Shown: in pieces, positions 46,962 to 57,160 of the stretch
How the letters are laid out: each line of letters opens with the position of its first letter
Position numbering within the stretch: the stretch's first letter is position 1
From: Candidatus Omnitrophota bacterium
GTDB taxonomy: Bacteria; Omnitrophota; Gorgyraeia; Zapsychrales; Zapsychraceae
Assembly (NCBI GenBank): GCA_029261055.1
Contig: JAJDCA010000068.1
Span: 133,275 to 197,274 of the forward strand
Direction: 5' to 3'
DNA: 64,000 bases
Position numbers and translations under genes: made by a program
Notes under the pieces: model-generated
Database searches by the model: none
What the model saw: the letters and a program-made list of their open reading frames with translations, nothing else
What the model was told of the DNA's origin: nothing

Positions 46962-47921
46962 ATGAAAATCGGTAATATTGATATTCAAAATCCCCTTGCC
47001 CTGGCCCCCATGGAAGACGTGTCAGATACGGCTTTCCGATTAACGTGTAAACGTTTTGGCGCTGACCTGCTGTACACGGAATTTACCAGTAGCGACGCCT
47101 TGATCCGCGACATCCCTAAGGCCATTGACAAAATCAAAGTCACCGCGGAAGAACGACCTGTTGGCATTCAAATATTTGGAGCCAATGAAGACACCATGAA
47201 AGAAGCGGCTCAAAAAGCCGAAAATTTTCATCCTGATTTTATTGACATCAACTGCGGATGTTGGGTACGCAACCACGTGGCCCGTGGACAAGGCGCAGCC
47301 CTTCTCAAAAATTTGCCTAAAATGGAAAGAATCGTTAAAGCTACGGTCGATGCCACATTTTTGCCTGTCACCGTAAAAACCCGCCTGGGGTGGGATCACG
47401 ACAATATTGTCATCTGCGATGTTGCCAAAATGGTTGAACAAGCCGGCGCCAAGGCTCTTACGGTGCACTGTCGCACACGAAACCAAGCCTACAAAGGAGA
47501 CGCCGATTGGAGTTGGCTGGAAAAAATTAAAAAGGCAACGAACATCCCTGTCATTGGTAATGGAGATGTCACATCTGCGGAAGATGCGAAAAAAATGTTG
47601 GCAACCGGCTGCGATGGGGTTATGATTGGACGCGGTGCCATTGGGAATCCATGGATTTTTAAACACATTAAACATTACCTCGCAACGGGTAAACACCTTC
47701 CGGAGCCTACATTAAGAGAAAGAATTGAGGCGTGCATTACACATTTAAAATTAAGTGTTCAATACAAAGGGACTAAAAACGGAATCATTCCATTCCGAAA
47801 ATATTACGCAGGTTATTTTAAAGGTATTCCGAACTCAGCAAAACTAAGGGCTGACCTGATGCAGCTGGTAGATTTGGAAAAAATTACTGAACGCCTTAAT
47901 CAATTTTTAGAAAAACCTTAA
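46962..47921 (+). CDS. tRNA-dihydrouridine synthase (DusB-like)
   Basis: MKIGNIDIQNPLALAPMEDVSDTAFR matches the Dus N-terminus; FMN/TIM-barrel motifs (INCGC, GNGD) present. The track's earlier start is likely spurious. Confidence 0.8.
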   Translation: MKIGNIDIQNPLALAPMEDVSDTAFRLTCKRFGADLLYTEFTSSDALIRDIPKAIDKIKVTAEERPVGIQIFGANEDTMKEAAQKAENFHPDFIDINCGCWVRNHVARGQGAALLKNLPKMERIVKATVDATFLPVTVKTRLGWDHDNIVICDVAKMVEQAGAKALTVHCRTRNQAYKGDADWSWLEKIKKATNIPVIGNGDVTSAEDAKKMLATGCDGVMIGRGAIGNPWIFKHIKHYLATGKHLPEPTLRERIEACITHLKLSVQYKGTKNGIIPFRKYYAGYFKGIPNSAKLRADLMQLVDLEKITERLNQFLEKP

Positions 47922-47946
47922 ACAGACCTCGTAGGTCTGTTTAAGG
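47916..47946. terminator. REP-variant hairpin aaacagacctcgtaggtctgttt between dusB and the lpd-like gene
   Basis: 11-bp stem with a cgta loop; same cctcg.agg core as the REP family. Confidence 0.5.
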
Positions 47947-47949
47947 TTC

Positions 47950-49374
47950 ATGCATATGAAAAAATACGACGTTATTGTCATTGGTTCTGGAGGCGGGTCA
48001 AAAATTACATCGCCGGCAGCACGACTTGGATTAAAGGTCGCCTGTATTGAACGTTCTGCTCTCGGTGGTACTTGCCTTAACCGCGGATGTATCCCCTCGA
48101 AAATGCTCATCCATCCGGCGGATGTGGCCACGGCCATTAAAGATGCCGGTAAATTCGACATTGCGGTGAATCCATTTTTTGAAGTTAACTTCCCTAATCT
48201 TGTCCAACGCATTTCCCAAACAGTAGACAAAGATTCCTCCAGCATTGCGGCCGGTTATGCACGTAATCCGAATATTGATTTCTATCCTCATGAAGCCAAA
48301 TTTGTTGCTAACAAAATCATTGAAGTCAACGGGGAACAACTCACGTCAGATAAAATTTTTATTGCCGTTGGCGCCCGACCACATATTCCGTCTATTGAAG
48401 GCTTAGCGAATACACCTTACATGACAAGTACTGAAGCTTTGCGCAACACAGATTTGCCTCAAAAAATGATTGTCATCGGCGCAGGTTACATTGCCGTGGA
48501 ACTCGGACATGCTTACGGAGCACTCGGTACCGAAGTGCACTTTCTCGTGCGCAGCCGATTCTTACGTCATGAAGACAGTGAAGTCGCGGCAGAATTTACC
48601 AAGGCCTTTTCCGAACGTTATAATGTTCATATGCAGGCTGTGCCCCAACGCGTTCAATATGCTAATGGTCAATTTTCACTTATTTACCAAAATCAAGACG
48701 GACAGCCTCACAACATTACGGCCGATGCTCTTTTAGTGGCTACTAGCATCACATCTAATACAGACAGTTTAAATTTAGAAAGTACCGACATTGCCGTCGA
48801 TGACAAAGGTCTCATCCAAGTCAATGACCGTTTAGAAACGAATGTTGCAGGTGTTTACGCCATGGGGGACTGTGTCGGTAATTATTATTTTCGACATACG
48901 GTTAATTTCGAAGGCGAATACCTTTTCCATCGTGTTTTTGGCAACGCGCCTGATGAAGCAATCCAATACCCTCCCGTACCTCATGCCGTTTTTTCGTACC
49001 CACAAATTGCTGGCGTTGGAAAAACCGAAGACGAACTCAAACAAGAAGGCATCGACTACGTCGTAGGCCTCAACCACTACCGCCAAAGTGGCATGGGTAT
49101 GGCCCTGCTCTCTGATTACGGATTTTGCAAAATCCTGATTGAACGCAACACTCGAAAAATTCTTGGCGCACACATCGTTGGCGACGAAGCCTCAAATATG
49201 ATTCACATGCTCATTGCCTTTATGAACAAAGAAGGAACACTAGACGATCTCTTAAACATGATTTACATCCACCCCGCGCTACCGGAAATTGTACGTAATG
49301 CAGCACGGAAAGCGGAAATAAACTGGTTAGAAGTAGAGAAACAAGAAACAAAGAAGCAAGAAGTAAAGAAATAA
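47950..49374 (+). CDS. pyridine nucleotide-disulfide oxidoreductase (dihydrolipoyl dehydrogenase family)
   Basis: YDVIVIGSGGGS FAD motif; redox-active GGTCLNRGCIPSK; central NAD motif MIVIGAGYIAVELG; 474 aa. Confidence 0.75.
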   Translation: MHMKKYDVIVIGSGGGSKITSPAARLGLKVACIERSALGGTCLNRGCIPSKMLIHPADVATAIKDAGKFDIAVNPFFEVNFPNLVQRISQTVDKDSSSIAAGYARNPNIDFYPHEAKFVANKIIEVNGEQLTSDKIFIAVGARPHIPSIEGLANTPYMTSTEALRNTDLPQKMIVIGAGYIAVELGHAYGALGTEVHFLVRSRFLRHEDSEVAAEFTKAFSERYNVHMQAVPQRVQYANGQFSLIYQNQDGQPHNITADALLVATSITSNTDSLNLESTDIAVDDKGLIQVNDRLETNVAGVYAMGDCVGNYYFRHTVNFEGEYLFHRVFGNAPDEAIQYPPVPHAVFSYPQIAGVGKTEDELKQEGIDYVVGLNHYRQSGMGMALLSDYGFCKILIERNTRKILGAHIVGDEASNMIHMLIAFMNKEGTLDDLLNMIYIHPALPEIVRNAARKAEINWLEVEKQETKKQEVKK

Positions 49375-49379
49375 AAGGC

Positions 49380-49475
49380 AAAAAAATAAGAAGCACAGGA
49401 ATAAGAAGCAAAGATTAAAAACAAAAATTACTTTTTTACATCTTGCATCTCTACACCTCTGCTTCTTGCCTCTTA
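49380..49475. repeat. imperfect inverted-repeat element (gaagcacaggaataagaagcaaaga ... tctctacacctctgcttcttgcctctta); related copy at 63775..63865
   Basis: Direct sequence comparison of the two loci. Confidence 0.5.
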
Positions 49476-49509
49476 CTTTTCTAGCTCTTTAACTTTAATT
49501 CTAAAAACT

Positions 49510-50238
49510 ATGCGTAATTCTGAAACAGCCATCTCGATTAAAGGCCTCACAAAATTTTACGGTAAATTCCGAGCCTTAAACAATGTTGCTTTTGAAGTCA
49601 AACGTGGCGATTTCTTTGCATTCTTAGGCCCCAACGGTGCAGGCAAGACCACGACCATCAATGTGCTTACAGGTCTTTCGAATTACCAATCTGGTAAAGT
49701 CAACATATTTGGATACGATACCAGCTCCGAATATCTGTTATCCCGTCGACTTATTGGTCTATGCGCCCAGGAATTTAACTTTGACCCGTTTCTAACGATT
49801 CACCAACTCCTTGTGTACCAGGCTGGCTATTTTGGTATTCCACCGAAAAAAGCCACCCGTAATGCGGAAGCCCTTTTAGAACGTTTTCAATTGATTGAGA
49901 AACGCCACGTTAAACATCGCGCCTTATCCGGCGGAATGAAAAAACGCCTGCTACTCTGCCGCGCCCTTATCCACGACCCGGAAATTCTCATCCTGGACGA
50001 ACCTACGGCCGGCTGCGATTTGGAATTAAAATTTCTCATTTGGGATTACCTCACCCAATTAAATAAAGAAGGTAAAACTATTTTTCTTACAACCCATTAC
50101 ATGGAAGAAGCCGAAAAACTCTGCAAAACCATCGGCATCATCAATCAGGGACACATCGTACGTATTGGCGAAAAGAAAAACATATTACAAGACAAGTCTT
50201 TAGAAACCGTATTTTTAGAAGTCACAGGACCAGAGTAG
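49510..50238 (+). CDS. ABC transporter ATP-binding protein (ABC-2/DrrA-type)
   Basis: Walker A GPNGAGKTT, signature LSGGMKKRL, Walker B ILILDEPT. Confidence 0.8.
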   Translation: MRNSETAISIKGLTKFYGKFRALNNVAFEVKRGDFFAFLGPNGAGKTTTINVLTGLSNYQSGKVNIFGYDTSSEYLLSRRLIGLCAQEFNFDPFLTIHQLLVYQAGYFGIPPKKATRNAEALLERFQLIEKRHVKHRALSGGMKKRLLLCRALIHDPEILILDEPTAGCDLELKFLIWDYLTQLNKEGKTIFLTTHYMEEAEKLCKTIGIINQGHIVRIGEKKNILQDKSLETVFLEVTGPE

Positions 50239-50308
50239 TCGCTCGTCGCCAGTGGCTCGTGACTCGTTTTTTTTTTACGAGCGACGCATCACTAGCGACG
50301 AGCCACGT
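50238..50308. terminator. palindromic element with T-run (gtcgctcgtcgccagtggctcgtgactcgTTTTTTTTTTacgagcgacg...cgacgagccacg); family shared with 53800..53893
   Basis: Inverted repeats around a T10 tract directly after the ABC ATPase stop. Confidence 0.55.
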
Positions 50309-50313
50309 TAATT

Positions 50314-51084
50314 ATGATTACAAACCCAATCGGTGTCTTATCTTTATCTAAACGTGAAATTCTGCGATTTTTGTCTGTATCGACACAGACAATTTTCCCT
50401 CCATTGATTACGTCCACCCTCTTTATGTTTATCTTTGGCGTGGCTATTGGGAGCCGTATTGACTTTAGCTCGACCGGCCTGTCTTATTTAGGATTTATTG
50501 TGCCTGGATTAATGACCATGCATTTAATTTCAAGTTCCTATGAAAACACCAGTGCCTCTCTTTTTATTGCCCGCTGGCATAACCACATCCAGGAGGTTCT
50601 CCTTGCGCCGCTTTCTTATTTTGAAATGGTCCTTGGGCTTTTAGCCGGTGGCGTGGTGCGCGGTACCATCGTCTGCTTGGGCGTTTACTTGGTTTCTCTT
50701 TTCTTTGGCCCAACATCCATTCAGCATCCGCTGCTTCTGGCCTATTTTATTGTGACGATATCTGTTATTTTTTCGTGTGCCGGCATGCTGGGCGCGCTGT
50801 GGGCAGAAGATTTTGGCATGTTAAATATGTGGAACATTTATGGCATTGTTCCGTTGGTGTTTATGGGCGGCGTCTTTCATCCGGTCTCTATGTTGCCGCA
50901 AATCGTACAAACAATTTCGAAATTTAACCCGATGTTTTATTTAGTACAAGGCATTCGTTTTAGCGTTACGGGCATAAGCGACGTACCCGTCATCATTGCG
51001 GCTAGCGCTTCTTTTGTTCTTTCTACTGGGGTCTTTTTCCTTACCGTTCATTTATTCAAAATCGGATACAAGCTACGAACCTAA
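50314..51084 (+). CDS. ABC-2 family transporter permease
   Basis: 256 aa, six TM segments, follows the ABC ATPase. Confidence 0.7.
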   Translation: MITNPIGVLSLSKREILRFLSVSTQTIFPPLITSTLFMFIFGVAIGSRIDFSSTGLSYLGFIVPGLMTMHLISSSYENTSASLFIARWHNHIQEVLLAPLSYFEMVLGLLAGGVVRGTIVCLGVYLVSLFFGPTSIQHPLLLAYFIVTISVIFSCAGMLGALWAEDFGMLNMWNIYGIVPLVFMGGVFHPVSMLPQIVQTISKFNPMFYLVQGIRFSVTGISDVPVIIAASASFVLSTGVFFLTVHLFKIGYKLRT

Positions 51085-52619
51085 GCTTTAAAAATCCTTC
51101 GCCAACGAATTCCAAACAACAGCAAAATGACGATGTAATATCCCAGTACCCACCTCGTAGAAATATTGGGAACATTTACATTCGCGTACGGCACCTTACT
51201 AAATACATAAATAACCCCGACCATTACATTAAGCAAAAACTTAAGGCAGGCCGCGCATACCCACAGACCAAACGGCCAAAACCCCCCGACGGACAGCAAC
51301 CCCAACCCCAAAACAACCACGCCGGAAATAAGAGGCACAACGATCAGGTTAGCGACAATGGCAATAGGCGCAACCACATCAAAGTGATAAGCAATCAGCC
51401 CTGTTGAGCCGATCCAGACGGACAAAGATACACTTAATGAATCAATAAATACTTTTGTCAATTTCAACGTTTTATTAGACTCAATCTTAAAACATTTCTG
51501 CAAAATAATTTTTATTTTTGCGCTAAACATGATGATCGACACAACACAAGCAAAAGACAACTGAAAGCCAATATCAAAAAGATTAAATGGATTGAACAAT
51601 AAAATAACCAAAGCTGCAAAACTGAGTGTATTAATAGAGTCTGATTCTTTTTCCAAAATAAAACTCATCAAAAACACACAAATCATCACCGAGGCACGTA
51701 CAACCGAAGGGCGTCCACCTGTTAAAAAAGAATACCCGATTAATAATAAAATTGTCATGCCTAATTGCCACCGACGTCCGATCGGAAACATTTTCAGAAA
51801 AATAAAAAATAACCCAGACACGGCCCCCACATGCAAACCACTAATGGCTAAAATGTGTGCCGTCCCTGTCTGTACAAATAATGTGCGAACATGCTTAGGA
51901 ATTTGTGAACGATCGCCGAGCAAAACGGCCTGCATAATCCCGGATTCATTTTTCGAAAGCGCTTGGTGTAAAATTGCCTTCAACTTATTTCTTAATATTA
52001 ACGAAACACTCCTGAAATAATTTCCTTTCCCTTTTGCAACCACCGTCATTGGAGAATCCTTTTTTACACTTAAAATCAAATGTATGCCGCGCCTCTTGAG
52101 ATACTCTCGATAGGAAAACCGTTCTTCTGGTGCAAAATTGTAAGGATAGTGCAACTTGCCTTCCAACAAAAGATAATCCCCATAAACCACATTAGCCTCA
52201 CAAAAAATATTCACCAAAACCTTCCCTGATTTTTTCCTCCACCCCCACGGTGAACGAACTCGCTTAACCTGTAACGTAAACATAGTCTTTTTACCTTTAA
52301 AAAAATTCCGTTTTTCAACATCCGACACCACAACACCTTCAAGACGAACAGGATTTTTTCGATGATATCTAGCCACATGCACAATATCCCCGGAAGCTAA
52401 TGTTTGATAATTCCTCACAAAAACCATTCCAAGAAGAACAAACACCATCAAAAGCACAATCGACGATAAAAAAGGCTTTCGAAAAACAACAGCATAGATC
52501 ATCATCAAAACAAAAACCGTAAACACGACCAACGTGAACGGCACAACAACATACACCCCACCCCCAATCCCAACCCCAAAAGCCAAAACAATCCACAAAA
52601 ATGGTCGATACGTATGCAT
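51081..52619 (-). CDS. ComEC/Rec2-family competence protein (DUF4131 + competence domain; no metallo-beta-lactamase domain)
   Basis: VQTGTAHILAISGLHVGAV competence-domain signature; polytopic. Start set at MHTYRPF...; the track's longer N-terminus reads through a REP. Confidence 0.65.
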   Translation of the reverse strand: MHTYRPFLWIVLAFGVGIGGGVYVVVPFTLVVFTVFVLMMIYAVVFRKPFLSSIVLLMVFVLLGMVFVRNYQTLASGDIVHVARYHRKNPVRLEGVVVSDVEKRNFFKGKKTMFTLQVKRVRSPWGWRKKSGKVLVNIFCEANVVYGDYLLLEGKLHYPYNFAPEERFSYREYLKRRGIHLILSVKKDSPMTVVAKGKGNYFRSVSLILRNKLKAILHQALSKNESGIMQAVLLGDRSQIPKHVRTLFVQTGTAHILAISGLHVGAVSGLFFIFLKMFPIGRRWQLGMTILLLIGYSFLTGGRPSVVRASVMICVFLMSFILEKESDSINTLSFAALVILLFNPFNLFDIGFQLSFACVVSIIMFSAKIKIILQKCFKIESNKTLKLTKVFIDSLSVSLSVWIGSTGLIAYHFDVVAPIAIVANLIVVPLISGVVVLGLGLLSVGGFWPFGLWVCAACLKFLLNVMVGVIYVFSKVPYANVNVPNISTRWVLGYYIVILLLFGIRWRRIFKA

Positions 52620-52633
52620 GATTTTTTCTCTAA

Positions 52634-52702
52634 CCGTACACAAACCTCGGGGGTTTGTATTGGTTAACCCGTACAAACCCCCGAGGCTTGTTTACGGTTA
52701 AT
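52634..52702. repeat. REP doublet (gtacacaaacctcgggggtttgta ... gtacaaacccccgaggcttgtttac) flanking the 3' side of the RAYT gene
   Basis: Inverted pair of 24-nt REPs. Confidence 0.75.
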
Positions 52703-53378
52703 CTTCTAATGTTAAATGTTTAATTTCCTCTAATTCCCTTTGATACCCAACCCTGTCTTCCACAAACTTCTTGTACTCCCTTGGCAAAATATCCAAAATA
52801 TTATCCCAATACGCAATCGATTTCTTTCGATCATTTATTTTCAAATATTCTAAATAAGAAGAATACGCCCAATCTTCCGGTTTTTCGACTAAGATTGCTG
52901 TCGTTGGATTCAAATGTACATACCGCGTCAAATGCAAAAGCTGCTCATAGGACTCAACCAAAACATTTTTAAATCGTCCAGCCCAAAGAGGCCCCAGCCT
53001 TTTGTATTTCTTGTTAAAAAATCGGGCGTAGCTGTTCAAAACATTTCCCATAAAAATAGATATTCCATCATCAATCAACTGCTTGAGAACAAAGTGAACA
53101 TGTGTAGGCATGAGGCAATAAGAAATAATTTCTACCAATTTGTCTTTTGGATCCGCTACAGAAGAAAGACAACAATCAAAACCTATCTTCTCTACTTGAG
53201 GTAAACGAATAAATTGAGAAAAAGCATAGGGCATATTCTTAAATTGGTAATAACGAATAACATTTAGCATTCTCATAAATTCTGCATTTCCATTAAAAAT
53301 TTTAAACCTTGCAATGCTCTTATTAAACACGTGGTAGCATTCATCTGTAACTAACGGATCTTTCCTTATTATTGCCAT
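52698..53378 (-). mobile_element. REP-associated tyrosine transposase (RAYT; IS200/IS605-like Y1 HuH transposase)
   Basis: YHVFNKSIARFKIF, HuH motif LMPTHVHFVL, catalytic Tyr motif YVHLNPTTAILVEKPEDWAYSSY. Flanked on both sides by REP doublets. Confidence 0.75.
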
Positions 53379-53791
53379 TTGCTTTTCTCCTGTGGAACCG
53401 TAAACAAACCTCGGGGGTTTGTATTTGAACCCCATACAAACCACCGAGGTTTGTTTACGGTTAAGTACCTGTAAAATTTTTCGTAATTTTTGTCGCGGAT
53501 GCCTTTTACAGATTTAATTTGTTCGATTTTTGTAAAGGGTCCATTTATTTGGCGGTATTGTACGATGTTTTTGGCTGTGTATTCGCCGATGTACGGGACT
53601 GTCACTAATTCTTCGGCAGAGGCGGCATTAATGTCGACTTTGGGATAAATGCGGTCGCTGTCAATGAGATTGACAATATCGCGTAGCTGTGGATATTTTT
53701 TAAGGGCATACTGCAGCACTGACCCCGTGAGAATAATCACGGCTAACATTAATAAAACAATTTTTTCTTGTTTTGTAAAATGCATCATCAA
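53369..53791 (-). CDS. ComEA-like helix-hairpin-helix DNA-binding competence protein
   Basis: N-terminal TM, then VDINAASAEELVTVPYIGEYTAKNIVQYRQINGPFTKIEQIKSVKGI (HhH ComEA signature). The last ~20 codons are encoded by the REP. Confidence 0.65.
   Translation of the reverse strand: MMMHFTKQEKIVLLMLAVIILTGSVLQYALKKYPQLRDIVNLIDSDRIYPKVDINAASAEELVTVPYIGEYTAKNIVQYRQINGPFTKIEQIKSVKGIRDKNYEKFYRYLTVNKPRWFVWGSNTNPRGLFTVPQEKSKWQ
53398..53466. repeat. REP doublet (ccgtaaacaaacctcgggggtttgta ... atacaaaccaccgaggtttgtttacgg) on the 5' side of the RAYT gene
   Basis: Same family as 52634..52702, 29401..29520 and 62994..63052. Confidence 0.75.
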
Positions 53792-53799
53792 ATTAGGCC

Positions 53800-53893
53800 T
53801 CGCTTCGCTCGGCGACTTTTAGTGGCTCGTGACACGTGGCGCATCGTTCATAAAAACCGAATCACGAGCCACGCGTCACAAGCGACGAGTCAC
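53800..53893. repeat. palindromic element of the gtggctcgtgac/gtcacgagccac family
   Basis: Shares arms with 50238..50308. Confidence 0.5.
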
Positions 53894-54035
53894 TTTAAAA
53901 TTTTTAAACTAATGGGGAAATCGGGTATTTGGGGAAATACTTCTCTACGGGGATAAAATCCTTCAACGCGCTCGCTCTCGTTCGCTTGCTCAGGATATGG
54001 TGAGCAAGGCCACCGTAGGTGGCTGCGTCGAACCA

Positions 54036-56516
54036 CTAAATAACAATATTCGCCAATTTTCCGGGAATGAAAATAAATCGGCGTAACGGTTTACCGTCAA
54101 CAAAACTTTGAATTTTGGCATCAGCCAAAACTAATTCTTTTACTTCAGCCTCAGTAATGGATGCGGCCACCTGAAATTTAGCCCGCAACTTACCATTCAC
54201 CTGCGCAATAATTTGAACTGTCTCCTGCTTTAAAGCACCTTCATCACATATTGGCCACGGAGACGCAATAATACTCTTTTCTTTATTTCCAAATTTCTGC
54301 CACAACTCTTCACTCATATGCGGCGTAAAGGGCGACAATAAAATAACCAAAGTCTTAATCACTCTGTTTAAAATACCTTGCTTAATCGCACTACCTTCTG
54401 CAAATTTGTACTTATCCACGCTGTTCATCAAAATCATCATACTGCTAATGGCCGTATTAAATTTGTACTTCTCAATATCTTCTGTCACTTTTTTAATCGT
54501 AACATTTCTTTCACGCTCAAGATCCGCATCCGCTTGATCCATCTGATCTTTCGTAATATTGTCATCAACACCATCGACATATCGATTATGCACAAGGTTC
54601 CAAATACGACTTAAGAATTTCCATGAACCGTCGACCGCATTGTCATTCCATTCCAACTGATCTTCGGGTGGCGCCGCAAACAGAATACACAAACGCAAAG
54701 AATCAGCTCCATATCGTGCAATAATACTGTCTGGGTCTACCGTATTACCTCTGGATTTCGACATCACTTCCCCGTCTTTAAGCACCATGCCTTGCGTTAA
54801 CAAACGTACAAACGGTTCATCAAAATCCACCAGACCTAAATCTTTAAAAAACTTTGTAAAAAATCGTGAATACAATAAATGTAAAATCGCATGCTCAATC
54901 CCGCCAATGTATTGATCCACCGGCATCCAATACGCCGCCTCTTTTTTGTCAAAAACCTCTTTGTCATTCTTCGCCGAACAATATCGCAAATAATACCAAG
55001 ACGAATCAAAAAATGTCGCCATCGTATCTGTTTCCCGTCGGGCATCGGCCTGACATTTGGGACACTGCACATTCACAAACTCTGGACATTGCGCCAAAGG
55101 ACTACCACCTTCACCGGTAATTTTAATATCCTGCGGCAACTCAACCGGTAGCTGATCTTCCGGCACAGGCACCACCCCGCAAGCTTCACAATAAATCACA
55201 GGAATAGGCGTGCCCCAATATCTCTGACGAGAAATCAACCAATCCCGCAAACGCCAATGAACGGTCATCTTACCGGCTCCTTCTTGCTCCATCCACTCAC
55301 CAATCGACTTAATCGCGGCACGACTATTAACCCCATCAAACTGCCCTGAATTCACCAGAGCCCCTTCTTCCTCAAATGCACACGTCATATCCTTCTCGGT
55401 CAAATCCGAATTCTTCGCATCCTGAATCACAATCCGCTTAGCCAAACCATGCTCCGTGGCAAACAAAAAATCTCTCTGATCATGCGTCGGCACCGCCATA
55501 ATCGCGCCCGTCCCATAATCCATCAATACATAATCCGCAATCCAAATCGGAACCGCTTCATTGTTCACTGGATTAATCGCGTAACGTCCGGTAAAAGTCC
55601 CTTCCTTTTTCTGATCCCCGGACATACGCAAACTTTTACTTTCCTTGCCAACCTTTTCAATAAACGCTCGAATCTTATCCTCATCTGCCGATCCCTGAAT
55701 CAATCCATCCACCAACGGATGTTCCGGTGCTAGCACCACATACGTCGCCCCAAAAATCGTATCCGGCCGCGTCGTAAACACCGTAATCGTTTCCTCCGCA
55801 TCCTTCACATTAAAATACATATCCACCCCGTAACTTTTGCCAATCCAGTTTTCCTGCATCGCAATCACACGGCTAGGCCAATGTTCAAGTGTCTTTAAAT
55901 CTTCCAGCAGCTTTTCATTGTATTCGGTAATCTTCAAATACCATTGATTCAAATCCTTCTGGGTCACCTCTGTCTTACATCGCCAACACTGATCCTGAAT
56001 CACCTCTTCATTAGCTAACGTCGTCTCACATTGCGGGCACCAATTAACAGACGAGGTCTTTTTGTATGCCAACCCACGCTCCATCATCTTGGTAAAAATC
56101 CACTGATTCCACCGGTAATACTCCTTGTCACACGTCGCCAACTCCCGATTCCAATCATACGAAAACCCCATGCGTTTTAATTCTACCCGCATCTGATCCA
56201 TACACGCATACGTCCACTTCGCCGGATCCGTATTATGTTTAATCGCCGCATTCTCTGCCGGCTGCCCAAACGCATCATAGCCCATCGGATGTAGCACATT
56301 AAACCCCTGCGCCATCTTAAACCGCGCCATACAATCCGCAATCGTGTAATTACGCACATGTCCCATATGAATCTTACCGGAAGGATACGGAAACATCTCC
56401 AGACAGTAATATTTCGGTTTGGATGCATCTTGGTCCGCCTTAAAAATCTTTTGCGCATCCCAAAACTTCTGCCATTTCTCTTCGAGTTCTTTAATTGTGT
56501 GTGTGTTGTAAGTCAT
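54036..56516 (-). CDS. leuS: leucine--tRNA ligase
   Basis: HMGHVRNY (HIGH), KMSKSRGN (KMSKS), 826 aa, CP1 editing domain present. Confidence 0.9.
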   Translation of the reverse strand: MTYNTHTIKELEEKWQKFWDAQKIFKADQDASKPKYYCLEMFPYPSGKIHMGHVRNYTIADCMARFKMAQGFNVLHPMGYDAFGQPAENAAIKHNTDPAKWTYACMDQMRVELKRMGFSYDWNRELATCDKEYYRWNQWIFTKMMERGLAYKKTSSVNWCPQCETTLANEEVIQDQCWRCKTEVTQKDLNQWYLKITEYNEKLLEDLKTLEHWPSRVIAMQENWIGKSYGVDMYFNVKDAEETITVFTTRPDTIFGATYVVLAPEHPLVDGLIQGSADEDKIRAFIEKVGKESKSLRMSGDQKKEGTFTGRYAINPVNNEAVPIWIADYVLMDYGTGAIMAVPTHDQRDFLFATEHGLAKRIVIQDAKNSDLTEKDMTCAFEEEGALVNSGQFDGVNSRAAIKSIGEWMEQEGAGKMTVHWRLRDWLISRQRYWGTPIPVIYCEACGVVPVPEDQLPVELPQDIKITGEGGSPLAQCPEFVNVQCPKCQADARRETDTMATFFDSSWYYLRYCSAKNDKEVFDKKEAAYWMPVDQYIGGIEHAILHLLYSRFFTKFFKDLGLVDFDEPFVRLLTQGMVLKDGEVMSKSRGNTVDPDSIIARYGADSLRLCILFAAPPEDQLEWNDNAVDGSWKFLSRIWNLVHNRYVDGVDDNITKDQMDQADADLERERNVTIKKVTEDIEKYKFNTAISSMMILMNSVDKYKFAEGSAIKQGILNRVIKTLVILLSPFTPHMSEELWQKFGNKEKSIIASPWPICDEGALKQETVQIIAQVNGKLRAKFQVAASITEAEVKELVLADAKIQSFVDGKPLRRFIFIPGKLANIVI

Positions 56517-56522
56517 TTTTTT

Positions 56523-56768
56523 CTACACTTCTTTTGCACATTTGTAACCGTCTATGGCAAATGCAACTATGTAAAAAACACCCGATAGAATTACCCATGG
56601 ATTTTCTAAAATCAAGGATGCTTCAGAATCAGTAAAAAGCCAAACATAAGAAAGCACCTCACCAATAATTAATAATGCTCCGAATAAAATTCGTTTGCCA
56701 ACATAAATATATCCTAATCCAACCAGCAAAATGTTTAATACTGCAGCAAGCCACGGCTTTTTTTTCAT
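56523..56768 (-). CDS. small membrane protein (81 aa, 2-3 TM)
   Basis: Hydrophobic ORF with no recognisable motif. Confidence 0.3.
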   Translation of the reverse strand: MKKKPWLAAVLNILLVGLGYIYVGKRILFGALLIIGEVLSYVWLFTDSEASLILENPWVILSGVFYIVAFAIDGYKCAKEV

Positions 56769-56816
56769 ATTATCTTATCTCCTGCTTTATTTCAGATATC
56801 TAATGAAGAATCGTTC

Positions 56817-57014
56817 CTATTGCACAAATAACAAAATAAACGCCAATAATACAATTAAAACCAAAACAATCCAAATAATTTTCGGACTTGGATACCGAAT
56901 TTTCCCAATCGGCCCTTTACTCGACCGCCGCAAACTCCCCCCACAAAAATGACACAACAACGCATCATCGTCATAAATAGGATTTTTGCAGTTTGGACAA
57001 ATAAATTCGCTCAT
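56817..57014 (-). CDS. zinc-ribbon small membrane protein (65 aa; CPNC...CHFC + C-terminal TM)
   Basis: Two CxxC pairs followed by a hydrophobic tail. Confidence 0.35.
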   Translation of the reverse strand: MSEFICPNCKNPIYDDDALLCHFCGGSLRRSSKGPIGKIRYPSPKIIWIVLVLIVLLAFILLFVQ

Positions 57015-57160
57015 CGCAGGCGCACATTATGCCATCAGAATAATTGAGAGTCAAAGATATTTATCGAGTGGAATAAATGCTGTTTTTGATTCAGATAACG
57101 CTTGAGTTCACCAATGTAAACCGCAAACAAACGTCCAGTGAAGTGATTGGATACGTATAC

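Noticed and set aside
47040-47696. 218-aa minus-strand ORF
   Set aside because: Antisense within the dusB-like gene, which has clear family motifs. No motifs of its own.
52620-52676. N-terminal extension of the ComEC ORF (MYGLTNTNPRGLCTVREKI...) and similar extension of the RAYT ORF (53379..53444)
   Set aside because: These codons are the REP palindromes read in frame. Internal ATGs (52619, 53378) fit family N-termini and avoid overlaps.
54378-56458. Several 78-94 aa ORFs on both strands
   Set aside because: All embedded in or antisense to leuS, whose HIGH/KMSKS motifs make the long frame unambiguous.
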